From assembly GCF_006345805.1 (NCBI RefSeq), contig NW_021835492.1:1-39810 (forward strand): DNA of 39,810 nucleotides. The letters run 5' to 3'. The position numbers and the translations under genes are program-made. A model generated the notes under the pieces. It worked only from the letters and a program-made list of their open reading frames with translations, had not been told where the DNA came from and made no database searches. Positions within the stretch are counted from its first letter, which is position 1. The number at the start of each line of letters is the position of its first letter. This document shows, one piece after another, positions 10,027 through 23,546 of this stretch. This DNA comes from Octopus sinensis. Taxonomy: Eukaryota.

Positions 10027-13000
10027 TTAATAGTCGAACATATTCACAAAAATCTCATAGAACGTCTAGAATAGAAAGCAGTACTCAAACTAGATCGTCC
10101 TCCATTTGTAGAGAGTAGTGCTTACTTTTACACACTCCTCCTGTCTATAAAGTATAATTAATCCACTCTTACAGAAAATGTGATCCCCCTCTCAGTCAAA
10201 GAAGGTCTAAGAGTGATATCCCCAATATTCACATCCCAGCACACTGATACGGCGTTGGCCATATTTAATTTTAGAACGAAAACACGTCTAAGCATTACCA
10301 AATAAGCCAACTTTGACGTCAGAAAACACATTCCCATTTTGGGTCGTCGACATCTTCCAAAATGGAGCAACTCGAGATCCTCGTTCGAATATGACTAGAA
10401 TGAACCCCCAGACAAACGGAGTAAATATAGTTCATTTCGGCCTCTTCCGGAGAATAGAAGAGTATCTGTCCTTCCGGAGATATCACACGACTGAATCTCG
10501 AAATCAATGGGACATGCTCCGATTGGACGAGCATTCTGAATATTTCGAATAGGGAGGACAACAGGTCAACCATTCCTCCCAAAGGGCGCACAATTATCCC
10601 CACAACCCCCACAAGGACACCTAATGCATTGTTCGACTTCCACAGACCTTTGACTACTCCTCTACACTTTTGGAGACGACCATACTGCACTGGCTTAGTA
10701 AAGACCCCCACTGATCCCATTACAAGGCCCCTTCCCAACTCATTCATTCCGAAGTAGAAAATGGCCGTAGGTGTCTTGGCACGCCTTTTATTGAGAATGC
10801 GTCTTGTCTTATATATGGGATCAAAGGACAGGGACGAGAGAAACTTGCCTGAAGATGCAAAAAATAGTGAGAATGAGTGGGCAGCCCCCCCTAAGAGTTG
10901 AGGCAACAATCGAACCAATGACGCTGTCGAGGAAGCTGTGGACTCCACTGACGAGTCCTTGAGCGAATTCCTCCGGTCCCTTGACTGCCCCTTGGATTGG
11001 CTCGTAAAAGAGATCAGTAATGCCAGAGGAGACATTGTGGATAAATGCGTAGGGGTTGCCCAGGACATCCGCCCCCAACACGATTGCATAGAATTGCCTC
11101 ATCGTCTGGAATATGACAATAACAGACTTGATGCTTATAATGACTGAGGACAGCCCAAAACAGATTGCTGAGACTGTACACGCGCGAACGCTCCTCAAAG
11201 TAGCCCAGTCGGAGTGGAATGGACGTTACACTGATGAGTGCGGACATGAATCCTTTGATGAAGGACATGACGTAGTTCCATCCAGACGGAGATGTCTTGT
11301 CATCCACCACGGACACCGAAAGAGTACATTTGAGAGGAGAAATGTGGAGCAACTCGAAATAGAATGAGGAGGAAGTGTTGGAATATTCGCTGAGCAATGT
11401 CTGCATGTAATAGTCTGCTGTGTCCCGAGTAAGGGCCTGCTTATCCAAAGTCTCCTCCCAGCCAAATGACTCCAACACGTCCCAAAAGAAGCCCAAGTCG
11501 ACATTGGCATTGAACTCTTGCAATAACAACACGGCATATCTAGAATGACGTGGGACTGCCAACTTGACAATGGGGATATCCTCCCTTGACCTCACAACCA
11601 AACTGCCTTCTATGAACGGTCGAGGACACTTCGACACGACGGGGGACAGGATCACCGAAAACGCAGCCTTCCTCTGCTGACAGTTCAACTGGAGGTGATT
11701 TATCTTGACGTGGGACCAGTGGCCCTTCTCAGATTTGCCATGTTTTAGCCACAGTCCGTCATTGCACCGCCGGACCACTCTCCCTTCGTCGACACAATAT
11801 GTTTCGCTGTCGTTCTTACAAGTACTAATTTGGTGACTACCTTCTTCTCTATTAGCTCCAGTTGACCATTCCTCCGCTTATCTTCCAACAGTCGTCTGTC
11901 AGACTTGGGGGCCTCCCAGACGGGGGTGGAGTAGTCAAGGGAGAGGTAGAGGAGTTCGGTCTTGGATTTGTTGTCGACGTACGACACTCCTAACTCGCTG
12001 AGTGCCACTTCCATCATGAAGTATGGTCTGTTCACTTGGGCACTCTGATTATAAGTGCAATTCTCTACATTATTCAAGTACAGGGCCAGTTCTATGTTGT
12101 GGGTAAAGAGCAGTGTCCGCAGTACCCCTTCGAGGAAAGACACAAAGTAGACTTGTTGGCCATTGATCACGAATTGTTCAAATTTGTCCTAAAATAGTGA
12201 CACGAAATGTACCCCACTCATCGACACTGAGAAGGAGGGGCCACTCACGAATGAGCATTCCGCCACCAATGGTTTCCCCGGATCCGCCCACAGATAATAT
12301 AAATAAGAAAGTGAGTGCAGCCGCTGTTTTGATTGCGGGACATCCTGTTGACAGTAAATCACCGGAATCGAGCTGAGTGCGTTCACAAGACAGAATGCTG
12401 CTCTTTCCACTGTTCCGTCATACAAATAGACGGTCAGAGATGACTCGGTTTGTTGACAATCCACGTAGACCAGCAGTAGAGACGACAGTTGGACTGTGCA
12501 TGAGCGAGACCCCTCGATGAGACAAGGCTTACTAATAGTCACCAAGTCACTCTGCAGGCCGAATCGCATAAAAACAGACTTGGACCCATTGTCTGGCCAG
12601 AATGGAGCATATCCGTCTAAGAAAATGATAAAACTCAAATAAACTAATATCCACGGGAGTGGGCGGTCGGTCAGGATCAATACTGAATACAAAAATAGGA
12701 TTTGAGGTTTTGTTGCAAATGAGATAGAACGGGGACATGATTATTATTTTGGTCAATGGATACTCAGTCAGGTAGTTGCTTGCAGTTATCTGAAGTCATT
12801 GAGGAGGACTACTTACCAAATGACACAACTTTTTAGTCTTTAAAGAAAGTGTCACAAAACTGGAGGGTATTGTCAAATTGTACAACCTCGACCATTTACT
12901 CCCCTCACATTTAATCCTCATCTAAAATGACCAATTGGGCAGTACTTTGGCCTTGTTTACTACTTTGGGGCACAACAAGAGATATTCGTCCTCCCTACAA

Positions 13001-16000
13001 GTATGTTCTACCAAAGAGTGTTCAGTCTGCAATGACAATACTCGAATAACCTTCCTACACATGCAACCACACAGTCCGGGGTCGTTCATTTGATATGTCA
13101 ACACAAGCCCGGTCTTGTTGATCACCCAGTACGGACAGAATATATTCCACACTCTCCCTCCTTTACGAAACACAGTCTGAATTCCCAAAACCTTGGAGTA
13201 CTCAGAATACAGGAAACCATGGACATAGAAGAATATACAAATTCGCAATATTCCTCTCCTTCCTCCCCGCCCTCGAACAATGTCCTCGAACATCTCCACT
13301 CAGACGATTGGTAATCCAGCAACTGCAATAAAAACAAGGAGAAATCACCAGATCTATTCTATCGCCATAACAGACTCCCCGCAGGTCAAGGCATTCCATC
13401 GACTCAATCTTGTCTTGATTCCAACCCTATCAATCAAATGCCCAAATCTGCCTTCAGTCTGATTGAATAAGGGAGACAGTTCTGGATTACAAGAATTGGG
13501 TGAATGTGCACTACTTGCACAAAAGCAGTCGCCCCTTCACATTTCACTTGAATATATTCAGTAACCACCTTCAGTCTAACACAGAGGACAACCTGGAGGT
13601 GAATGCTTTCCGTGGGTATACTAATGACCATTCCTTGAGGAGAAAGCAAATCCTCTAATGAGACTTGTTCGCAGTCTTCCACTTTTCCATCCTTGGAGCA
13701 AAACGTGATATATTGAGCACTGAGTGCGGGAATTGGGAGGTGGCAATTAGAATGTGCAGCAATGAAATATCTCTCGTCCATCAAACAAGTTAAATCCAAG
13801 TTTAGATGATTACGCAACTTGTCATTAATTGGATTACTAAACTTGAATTGTCGACCTGAACGTGACACTTATTTGACTGTATGACAGTTCAACTGCAGAG
13901 ATGAGGACCACGCTCGAGGACCCACCAAAGAACTGATAGGCTGTCTGGACTGCAGATCTCACCTCCAATTTTCTCTTCTGCTTGAATCCTTCCATCTACA
14001 ACTCCACACACCGTCTGTCACCGAAATTGAGAAATTGTAATCATTCTGACGATGCTCACTACTCAACAAGTCGAGGACCCGGTGATCTGACTCGACGTGG
14101 GACTTGTGCCACATTTTGAGTAACTGGCCGTGACCCAGGGATTCCGTGTCCCCACCACCACTGGTCATCATTCGTGGGTCGACGGATATGACAAGCCCAA
14201 GCCCAGACTGATTGTTGAATACCAGGGGAGCCTTTTCCACCGAATCATCCGAATAAACAAGATTATAGGCGTCAGTAAATTCCTAATCATAGCCCACCAA
14301 ATCATACTTTTGACAAATTGGTGAGCAGTTTACAAGAATATCCAGTCAGTGTGATCTCCAGTCGGTCTCGAGAGGAAAATTTTAACGACAATTCGCCGTC
14401 TACAGTTCGTGCATTCCTAGTACCGGAATTTGTATAAGACAGGGCAAATGTCCACGGTTTGTGCTGACCACGTTCGATGATTGGCTCAATCAATGGCTCC
14501 CATAGTGAATTATTGTTGTTATAACAAACAGCCATTATAGTGCCAGTACTCTCCAAACTAGACTGGCACTAAGAGAGGGGAATACATTATTCTGACGAGT
14601 TGTCATTTGGGCATTGAATGTCCCGTCCATCGTCACCAAAGGGGGAGCATTCGGGAGATACTGAGACGACATGTGCACCAAAATCGTGTCAATATCTACT
14701 TTCATCTTGGTTGTCATATTGCACACTGTCTTGTCCGTGATCTCTGTCTTTTCTAAATTTGTTCAACAAGTGGCAATAACTTGTAGGGATGGTTAGAAAT
14801 GGAAAAGAATCCACATTTAAAGAACGCGGACCCCAAGAATCCACGGAAACTGACTCTTTCGTTTGGTCCTTTACGGCCGACTGTTGAGTAGAAACACCGG
14901 ACAGAGTGGCAGATAGACTGTTGACTACTACAGGAGACAGTCCAATTGTTATTGTGGGAATATGGACAGTTGATTCAATCAGTTGGTCATCATATACCCG
15001 ATTATACAAAACTTTGATTGGCTTGACGACCTATCATATGAAAAGGAGGAAAACTGTTATGTTTGTTTCGAAATGACCCCTCTCGCAATATTTACCAGCA
15101 AATAATTCCGTTTGATTAAAAATGAGATCAAATTCGGCAGAGTGCTGATTCCAATTCCCCTCGTAAGACAAAACACTCTGCCAAATTAACCACACAGGAA
15201 ATACTCTGAGAAGGAACCCTTCTGTGATTTTGCCCGATTCGAGCAATATCACATCCACCGAGGAATCCACACTCACTGTCATCTCTCCCCCCATTTTGAC
15301 AGGCGTCTCGGGATCATCATCCGTTTTCTCCGGCTTGCTGATTATGGACAAAATAGTCAGCACATACGGGAGGTCGAGAGCCAGTATAAAGGGAACTATT
15401 TTCGCCTTGACTGCCAATATAATCGACTATCACAAACTCGAAGTATGGACAGACTCCACCATATGAGAATATTCTACAAAATTGGCAAGGGAGTGGCCCC
15501 CTTTCCTGTACAGGACAGTCCGATTAGATTTCGTCGGCCGGGCGTCCTTGATGCTCAAATCAAGAATGGTTATTCGATAGTGACTCCATTCCCCGAACTC
15601 TACCCTCACCACAAGATGGTCGATATCAGCATGTCCATAACATGAGTCTCGGGAATGACTAATAAAGTCGTCTATTTTCCCCTTGAATGGTATTACTTAA
15701 TATTTCACTTGTTTGAAATATATTTCCAGTTCGATAACCCCAACCTCTATTTCCCACTCCATAGACATCTTCGACTCCGAGGAGATGGGCACTTTCGCAG
15801 AACTCTTATCGCCATACTGTGCCTCACTCGAAGGAATAGATGTATTTGCGAATGCCTCCAGGAATAGGACGTAATCAGACCGACTGGCCTCAATCTGAAA
15901 TCGAGTAATTCTGCCCATACACTCAGCTTTGGGACAGTCCCGTGTATTCTAACAAGCCCACGGCCATCTTGTGGACGGGCAACTGTGAAAACTGCGGAAA

Positions 16001-19000
16001 TGGGGAGAACCAGGTCACAAAGAAGGGAATAAATATCTAAATATCCATCAAATAGTTGAATTCTGTAAAATAACCGCAATAAATGTGCACCTCTGCAAAT
16101 TGAGGGAGTCGATGGACACTCGAATGTATTCCATCGGCGTGTCAGTGATGGCAAACTCGTTAGTAATACTCAAATCACCAAAGTCGGCTAAAATGCAGTC
16201 ATTTGAGTCAGCACATCTCGGAAATCTCACTTCCGGGGCATTTACATTTATCTACTCGATTCTAATTTGAAAACATACATTTAATTTAATTCTGCTTTGT
16301 CTTTTTAGCATTTTTGCAGATTTGTGAACAGCCAGGTTAATCTTCTCCCCTATTTTTGCTGAGGGAGACATCGGGCCGTCTGTCAGTATTTTCAGATGGT
16401 CCAGAAATGTCCAAAAAGGAGTCAACACTTTTGTCAAATAGACAATTCGGATCTTCCTCAGGAACAACTCGATTTCCATGTATTTCTCCTGATTCCAGAC
16501 ACGGATACTGCCATGGGCCACTCGCATGTTTTTCTCCGCAGTCACAAAATGACGGTATGGACAGTTTTCCAACAGTGAATCCACTGCCACACTTCCAAGT
16601 TCGAATTTTATTGTATTAAGGTCATCAGTAAATTCCGTCACTGTCGAAAGATCCTTCACTTTGATTTCCACTCGTTCGTTTTTTGTGGTTGTCATTTCCA
16701 ACAAGATTGAGTCTATTTGTGCTGTAAAAACAGTCTCCTTGAATTCCACCGAGGACAAATTAGTCGGAATGACTTGGCCGTGACTGTACGACGAGAATGT
16801 CTTAATCGAGCCTTCCTTGGGAACACGAAGAGAGGAAACGAAAGTGAGAATCCCCACAAACACGTCTTCATAGACAAACAAACTGAACTTAGTGAATCGT
16901 ATATTTATATTCAGTCTCACCCCTCCATATATCTCCACAAACCCAGGATTGTCTCTGTTAGCCTACATGTCCTCATACTACGTGGCAAACCAATGTCATG
17001 TCCACAGTCAGCAGACAACCCTGTCGAGCTGTGTCGGGAGAAGACAATATTTGCAAACGCCCATCACTTTCGAGTAGTTTGTCCAGAGAGAGAGAAATTA
17101 TTGAGAATGTCAAGTTAGTGGCACGTGTGTTTACACTCATGGCACATTTCATAGAATTAATTGTCAATAGCAAGTCGTGTGCATTGATTGTCAATTTCAG
17201 ACAAACCTCCATGCTTATACAGGCAGGGATACCTTTTGGATTACAAAACATAAATTAATGATGAATAAATCGACGTTTTCGGATACTTCTGGCTCGGACT
17301 GCCGAGTTTCCAGCATTTTGGCCAGTCTATATTCATTCTCTGCTTGATTGATGGAGCATATCTCTTCTTCTATCTCCCGGTCTGGTGACTCCAACGTTGG
17401 TAGCGTCTCAGAAAAGGCCAGCAACTTTGTCATTTTGTCTTGGCTCAATATCAATTGAATCGAAGGCAGTTCTCCATCCACCAGAAATCTACAAATGTAA
17501 ATCAAGCATACTTTGGATATTGAGGATCCACCAGGATGCACTTTTTGATGTGGAGATTTATGGAAACTGGGAGTAGCAGATGGAAGGGGGAGTGGTCCTG
17601 CTTGATTACATGTCGCCAGTCGTCATCTTAAATGGATTAATAGATCCACCCTTTTCACACAGAAGAATCTGAATTCGGTTGAGGCTGACCAAGTAGTGGT
17701 CGTATATTAGTTCTTCTACTTTTGGGTGTCCAATCCAGTACTCGGGATGGACAGGAGGGTTAGTTTTCCCAAGTCGGCCACAATGAGTGAAGAGTGTCTA
17801 AGCGAGGTCACTCAGTCAGGCCACCTGAAATAGTCCCCAGAGTCAGGAATGAGTAGTTTAATGGCTTCAAAATCAAGAGAAATGTCTGCAAAGTGTTTGC
17901 TCTGGAGTATGTTCCTGATCCCCGTCGACGACTTGTCCCGCAGTTCTCTAATCCTTTCCAATGTCTCCATTTGATATCTGCACGTGGGAATACGAACACA
18001 ACCCTTTGAACACCAGCGAGTCGGGCGGAGTCAGAAAGCAAATGAGATCTCTGGCAATGTCCTAAGAACTGACCACAGCCGCCTACCTTTGTATAGGTTA
18101 TCAAAACTGGCTGAGTCTTCACTCGGACAAACACAGAACACTCTGTTTTGACAGGGTTCAGTTCAAAGTCGCCGTCAATGAACGCCTTCTTGTCGACAGT
18201 AACCATGTTTTCCATAAATGTATAATATTTCCCATCCTCTTGGGCATGGACTATTTTAAGACTGTGGAGGGACAGTTTCATTCTGAGTAAAGACAGGAGA
18301 ACACCTTATTCCGTTCGAGGAGGGTCGGTAGAATATTGTTGAGCTGAATTTGAATGACTGCAGTCTGATTGGTCTGGTTGTCCTGAATATGTCAGTTTGA
18401 CTACACAAACCGATCATTAACTCGAAAAGAAAAGGACCTCACGACGAGGCTCAGCGAGTAGGCAACATACTATGACATTTGGATGTGTATTATACATCGA
18501 GGGGGTAATTGGACGAGTCCGGCATGTCGTCGCTATATCCGATTGCTTCGTGGAATTTAATGCGTTCTTGTTCCGTGAATTCTAACTCAAAATCCTTTTC
18601 TACAATTCTCAGATCAAATGGACTTAGTGTGCTCCCACTGCTCCACAGATATGCCCCGATTCGACCAAACCATCCCTTCTTGTTGGCCGACTCAGAGTTC
18701 TCTCAAATACCCATGATTATCAACTCACCTTATTTCTGGCAATCTTACGGGCTAGTACTAGGCAGAATAAGTCAAGCTGCGTCTCCCCAGACTAGTGGAT
18801 GGTAACTTGCCTAATACAGAAAGGTGCGTTCTGGTCTCTGCGGAGATATTCCTGTCCCCCTTTGTCAGCAAGCAGTCGTATGCCTCGATGTACTTTTTGA
18901 ACACGCGATAATATTCGAGAGTTGCCGCAATATTTCGATATTTGCTTCTGATTTGTGTCTCCATTATGCACGTGAAGGCATATTTCCACCTGAGTAATTC

Positions 19001-20301
19001 GGAATAAATACATCAGGCGCAGATTTGTCTTCAAACTTCCTGCAGGGCGGAATTTTCGATATCTGAGAGCGATGGACCGTAGATTGAGGGAATCCTGCAA
19101 TTCTAGAATGCTCGCGTACTGCAAAACCGTCAAGACAACTCAAACCTGCAATCTGTCCAGCGTCAGTTCGAGGTTGCCGAGCTTTACTTGTCCTCTCACT
19201 TTGGACTGAGTGTAACCCACTTCTCTCGGCTTCATGTTTATTTCCAATTTGGCATCCAAGGACAGTGGAAGTAGCACTTGTCCAATAATGCTCCCATTTG
19301 AATGACCTCCGATCGTCCTGCTCAAATACTCCTAAGATTTAATTATTCTCAAACTTTTATTTCATGAGCGGATTTGTCCGCAACGAGACTCTGGCAGTCA
19401 GCATCACAGTAGACGGTCAGCGATCGAAGTTCAGCTAGCTACAATATTTTGACAATTAACATAAATAAATCAGTGTACCTAAATACTTATTAATTAATTA
19501 TTTAATTTGTAGCTAGTTAATTAATAAATAAACTATTGCATAAATCTGTCATGTGGTCACCTTGTTAAAAATGAAACGAGTCTCAGTGATGATAGTTTGC
19601 TTCCAATCCTCACCCACAGTCTACGAATGGTCAGTCCAAATGCCTTACTCTGACGACAATATCGTTCAATGTGACCCCCAATGACAATGGTTTAGTCACA
19701 TTGCTCGAATCCTCATACCGAATATGCACATTCCTGACCGTCAGCTGAATATTCTTGATGACCTGAAGTAGAATCATCTCCACATATCCCGTGGAACCAT
19801 GACTCTCTACCCTCAACACTCACACCTCACTTGTGGGTTGACTGTTGCGCTCGATTCTCTCCAAGTCTGCCATTTTCTTAGCCTGGGTGAGCCTGTCTTC
19901 CTCCTCCTGGTTGTACGACTGGCCTGGGAGTGAGGAAAGTGCCCACCATCGCTGGGCCGACAACACACGAGCACGTCCGTAATCTCCCCTACGACGGGGG
20001 CCTTGTAGATATTCGTCCAGGGAACTTGCAGGCGAAATGTGCCTGCTGAGTGAGTCCCATTACCAATGTGGCCGTAGATTATGCGGACTGGAATGTTGTT
20101 GTCTTCCTGCGTGATTAGACAGGTGGGGTACAAAGATGGTCGTCCTCAGGGTCAGGTCTTTGAGGAGGATGTCGCCTATTGTGGGTGGTTTGTTGTTCTA
20201 CCTTTCCAAATGTTCGTCTTGAGCTGGTCCTTGTCGAGGTTACAAATGTAGTCCCCCAGAGCTCGATTTAGGATGTCGGCAACCAGACTCTCGAATACCA
20301 T
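10027..20301 (-). CDS. VPS13: VPS13A/C-like bridge-type lipid transfer protein; dozens of micro-introns; 3' end approximate
   Basis: Chorein N-terminus [28 protein letters not shown] at ATG 20301, [28 protein letters not shown]; C-terminal [23 protein letters not shown]2_C-like [16 protein letters not shown] and a PH-like tail. First introns are 26, 25, 21 and 23 nt. Confidence 0.92.
19439..19560 (-). other. Exceptionally long (122-nt) AT-rich intron in VPS13
   Basis: GT at 19560 and AG at 19439 join ...RFIFNK to [12 protein letters not shown], matching the VPS13 HKL..L.SL.VY.D motif. Confidence 0.75.
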
Positions 20302-20988
20302 TGTGGGTCAACCGGATTTTATTCAGTGAATATATATTTATTTATACACCAAAATACTTAAGTAAATAAAAAGCAAGTGAGTAGATGTGGATACTTTATA
20401 TATTCAGTCGGCCAATCAATAAATCTTTATGGAATTATATATTCTAAAGAATGGACGATCAATTAATAATGATTATAAATCATCCATAAACTCTTCGAAT
20501 CATTCATTTTTGTGACGGAATACATTTTTGCCTTCTATTTTTGGAGTGTTGATTTTCTCCTAATCAGTGATTAGGTAAAGTACATGCAGGCTGACCTCAA
20601 CAATGAAAACTATTCTTATCAGATTTTTTGAAGACAAATACACAGTTGGATAGAATAAAGAATTTAAAGTGATATGGCTTGTTCGACAGGAAATGAATAC
20701 TTTAATAATGAGTCTTGCAAAAGTTTTTATTTTTAAGACAGACAGCCACACATTAATTTTTTATTTTGCTACTTTTTTTAATTTGGGCAAATGGGAAAGG
20801 CCTCTCCATTTGCATAATATCCTTATTAAACAGTGACAATAATTATTTTAAATACCAAAAATACTCAGAACATGGTGAAATGTTATTATTAAATCTTAAA
20901 CAGAAGAAATATTATGTACGATAAAATAAAAATTGAAACGCCTTGATTAATTTGAAAACAGATCAAAACATGTGAAAAATTATAAATA

Positions 20989-22090
20989 CAGTATAACCTC
21001 CATTTGGGGCATCAATTTTGAAAAATTGCCCCAAAAATAGAGGTTTCCCCAAAAATGGAGGTCTGAAATTTTCTTTATTTTTATAAAAATTTTAATAGTT
21101 TTAGCATATTTTCATTAATTTATAAATAAATAAAGTATTTTTAAGAACATTTAAACATGTTTTCCACTAATTTTATTGATAATTAGAGTATTTTTCAAGT
21201 AGAAAAAATTTTTATTCTATTATACACGAAAATAATCTGTTATTTTGTTTCCTGTTGCAGATTTCTTCATATGTATGCCCAATATTTTCTGAAATTGTAA
21301 TAGTCTTTTAACGCATCGGGAAACAAACGGTGAATATTCTCTTCAAGGTTATTCATTGCTGTTATCGTGTCCAAGTGTGAACAGTTGCATTCAGTTTGGT
21401 CATATATTGACTCATCATTATTTTCTTCTTCATTTTCAGCAATTACGTCTGCAATTATCGTGTCCAAATTTTCTTTCTCACTGTTAACTAAAAAATTTGA
21501 ACTAGGAATCTGTTGCCGACAGTTATTAATTGTTTCCCAACAATTCGTTATTGTTTCAGGATTTAAATTTTGCCATGTTTTTCCAACAATTATTATGACA
21601 TGACGAAGATTTATTTTTTTTAAATTAACAATTTGTAACTCAACGTCCTCAAAATAAAGAGTAAAATCCAATAAAGCGTTAAGATAATTGGACTTGAAAG
21701 ATTTAATAACCCCATGTCTAACGTTGAATTAATGAGGTTGTATTTTTTGGGAGAAAAAACAATTCAATGTTGGAAAGATGGATATATTTGTGACAGCTTG
21801 CGTTATCAAGTAACAAAACAATTTTTCTCTTTTGCGTAATCATTTGTTCATTTGTAATGGTGAGCCATAGTAATAAATATTTCTGATGTCATCCAACTGT
21901 TTTTAGATGATGAATATGAAACTCCATGTTCTTCAGGTTAAAGTTTTTCATACAACGTGGGGATTTATATTTTCCTACTAACAATGGCTTCAATTTTTCG
22001 CCACAAGCACTGACCGACAAAAGAATTTGATTTTATCATAGAAACCGCTATCATTGAAAATTGCCCGGGAAAAGAATATTCCATTTCGAA
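20989..22090 (-). mobile_element. Second pogo/Tigger family remnant; one TIR present, 5' part lost
   Basis: TA followed by CAGTATAACCTCCATTTGGGG at 20989 with inverted subterminal copies; minus-strand fragments ILLSVSACGEKLKPLLVGKYKSPRC, KNSWMTSEIF, FFLPKNTTSLIQ.LDMGVIKSFK, ETITNCWET. Confidence 0.85.
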
Positions 22091-22388
22091 CTACCCTAAC
22101 AAATAGTATGTCGCGCCTACGCTGGTGACCAGAGCGACCTTCATTGTTGACCTACATAGTTTGACACTAATTACTGACTAAAGACAATTGCTAAACATTT
22201 AATATGTCGCCTCTGTGTACTATTCTTTTAAAATAAGATGAATTATGTCTGGAGAATTAAAATCAAACATTTTATTATTCGTTTCTAAAAATAAATGCAT
22301 CTTAAATTTACCATCATGTTCATTTTCGACAAAACAAAGCCTCTCAAACAAATTGTGGAAAATTTCACTAATCTATAATATAGAACAA

Positions 22389-22734
22389 CTAGCTCGGCAG
22401 CTCGCTTCGCTCACCGCGACCTAGCTCCTGCGGAGGGCCTGTTTCATCAAACAACTATAAGTTTATGTAGATGTAAAACTACCTGGTTTAATGTAACCCT
22501 ATTCTATCGCCTGTTGATAACGATGTTTGTCGTCCGTCCTTCCTTGGCATATATGAATAAATTTTCTCTTCTGCCTACCCTCGAGCATCCCACATACAGC
22601 TGTCCATGTGAAAAGCACTCACTCTCTAAAAATAACCCAACTACCTTAATGACTGTCCCTGGGCCTTGTTTATTGTCATTGCAAACTTTTTTTTTCATTT
22701 TGTGGTCTATTTTTTTTATATTTAATTTTTTCAT
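22389..22734 (-). mobile_element. Helitron 3' remnant (helicase C-terminus plus terminal hairpin and CTAG)
   Basis: FAMTINKAQGQS / KVVGLFLESECFSHGQLYVGCSRVG...NIV is the PIF1-like Helitron helicase end; the minus strand ends CGGTGAGCGAAGCGAGCTGCCGAGCTAG-T (CTAG at 22389-22392). The 5' end was not located. Confidence 0.85.
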
Positions 22735-23030
22735 TTTTCCTTTGTAATTTCCTTTTTTTTCTTTTTTATTTTTTGTTTTTTACTGGCGGAAATGGGGCAG
22801 GGGAGATGCGGCAGGCAAGAAAGCGACACACAAAAAAGATTTAATTAATTACCTTATTAAGCTGACCGTTTTTTCTTCAGCTTCGTTTTTCCTCCTTCGG
22901 TATCTATTTAAAAAATTATTTTTGAATAATAAAAAAGTTTAGGAAAAGAGGCATACCGAAAATAAATTCTATCTTTACGAAAACTCAAGTAAATAGTTAA
23001 TATTTTTACGCAAATTCTTCTGATTGCGCT

Positions 23031-23262
23031 GTCAATGGTGGTAAATTGTGTTAATGGTTGTGCTAATGTGGTTTCAACTATCAAAGTGTTTTTCAAAATC
23101 TGTTAATGCACACTCTATTCAAGGTCGTGCGTCAATTGGTGGTAAATTGGTTAATGATTGTTGCTAATGTGGTTTCAACTATCAAAGTGGTTTTTCAAAA
23201 TCTGTTAATTGCACACTCTATTCAAAGTCGTGCAATCTGTGATTGCACATTCTGTCAAAGTC
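23031..23262. repeat. Tandem repeat of about 100 bp (23031-23130, 23131-23233, plus a partial third unit)
   Basis: Two near-identical units beginning GTCAAT(T)GGTGGTAAATTG and ending TCGTGC; probably internal to the Helitron derivative. Confidence 0.85.
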
Positions 23263-23546
23263 AAATATGATAATATGTGACATGGTTTGCGCGATACCTA
23301 TGGGCCGCGCGATACCTGACGTGACCTTGAAATGTGCAATTATGACATTGATGGGATTAAATTATAAATCTTTTAATTAGACCGCGACTCATTCTTATCA
23401 TTTAATAATTTACTAAATTAGCTAAAGACTCTCTCATTTTGACAAAAAATTATATTTGTAAGAATTTAATTATCAGAAATTAATTTTTTTGGTGGGAAAC
23501 CTAAATTTCTTGAGTTATTTCTAGCGTGCAAGTATGTTTTGCAGCA

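Noticed and set aside
19439-19560. Intronic snoRNA in the long VPS13 intron
   Set aside because: A CTGA is present, but there is no convincing C box or H/ACA structure and the sequence is extremely AT-rich.
247-20301. Alternative genetic code or stop readthrough as the cause of ORF fragmentation
   Set aside because: GT-AG micro-introns restore conserved motifs exactly, and TAA, TAG and TGA all terminate genes, arguing against ciliate-type codes.
23031-23262. Repeat as a CRISPR array
   Set aside because: Adjacent 100-bp units with no unique spacers, eukaryotic context and no cas genes.
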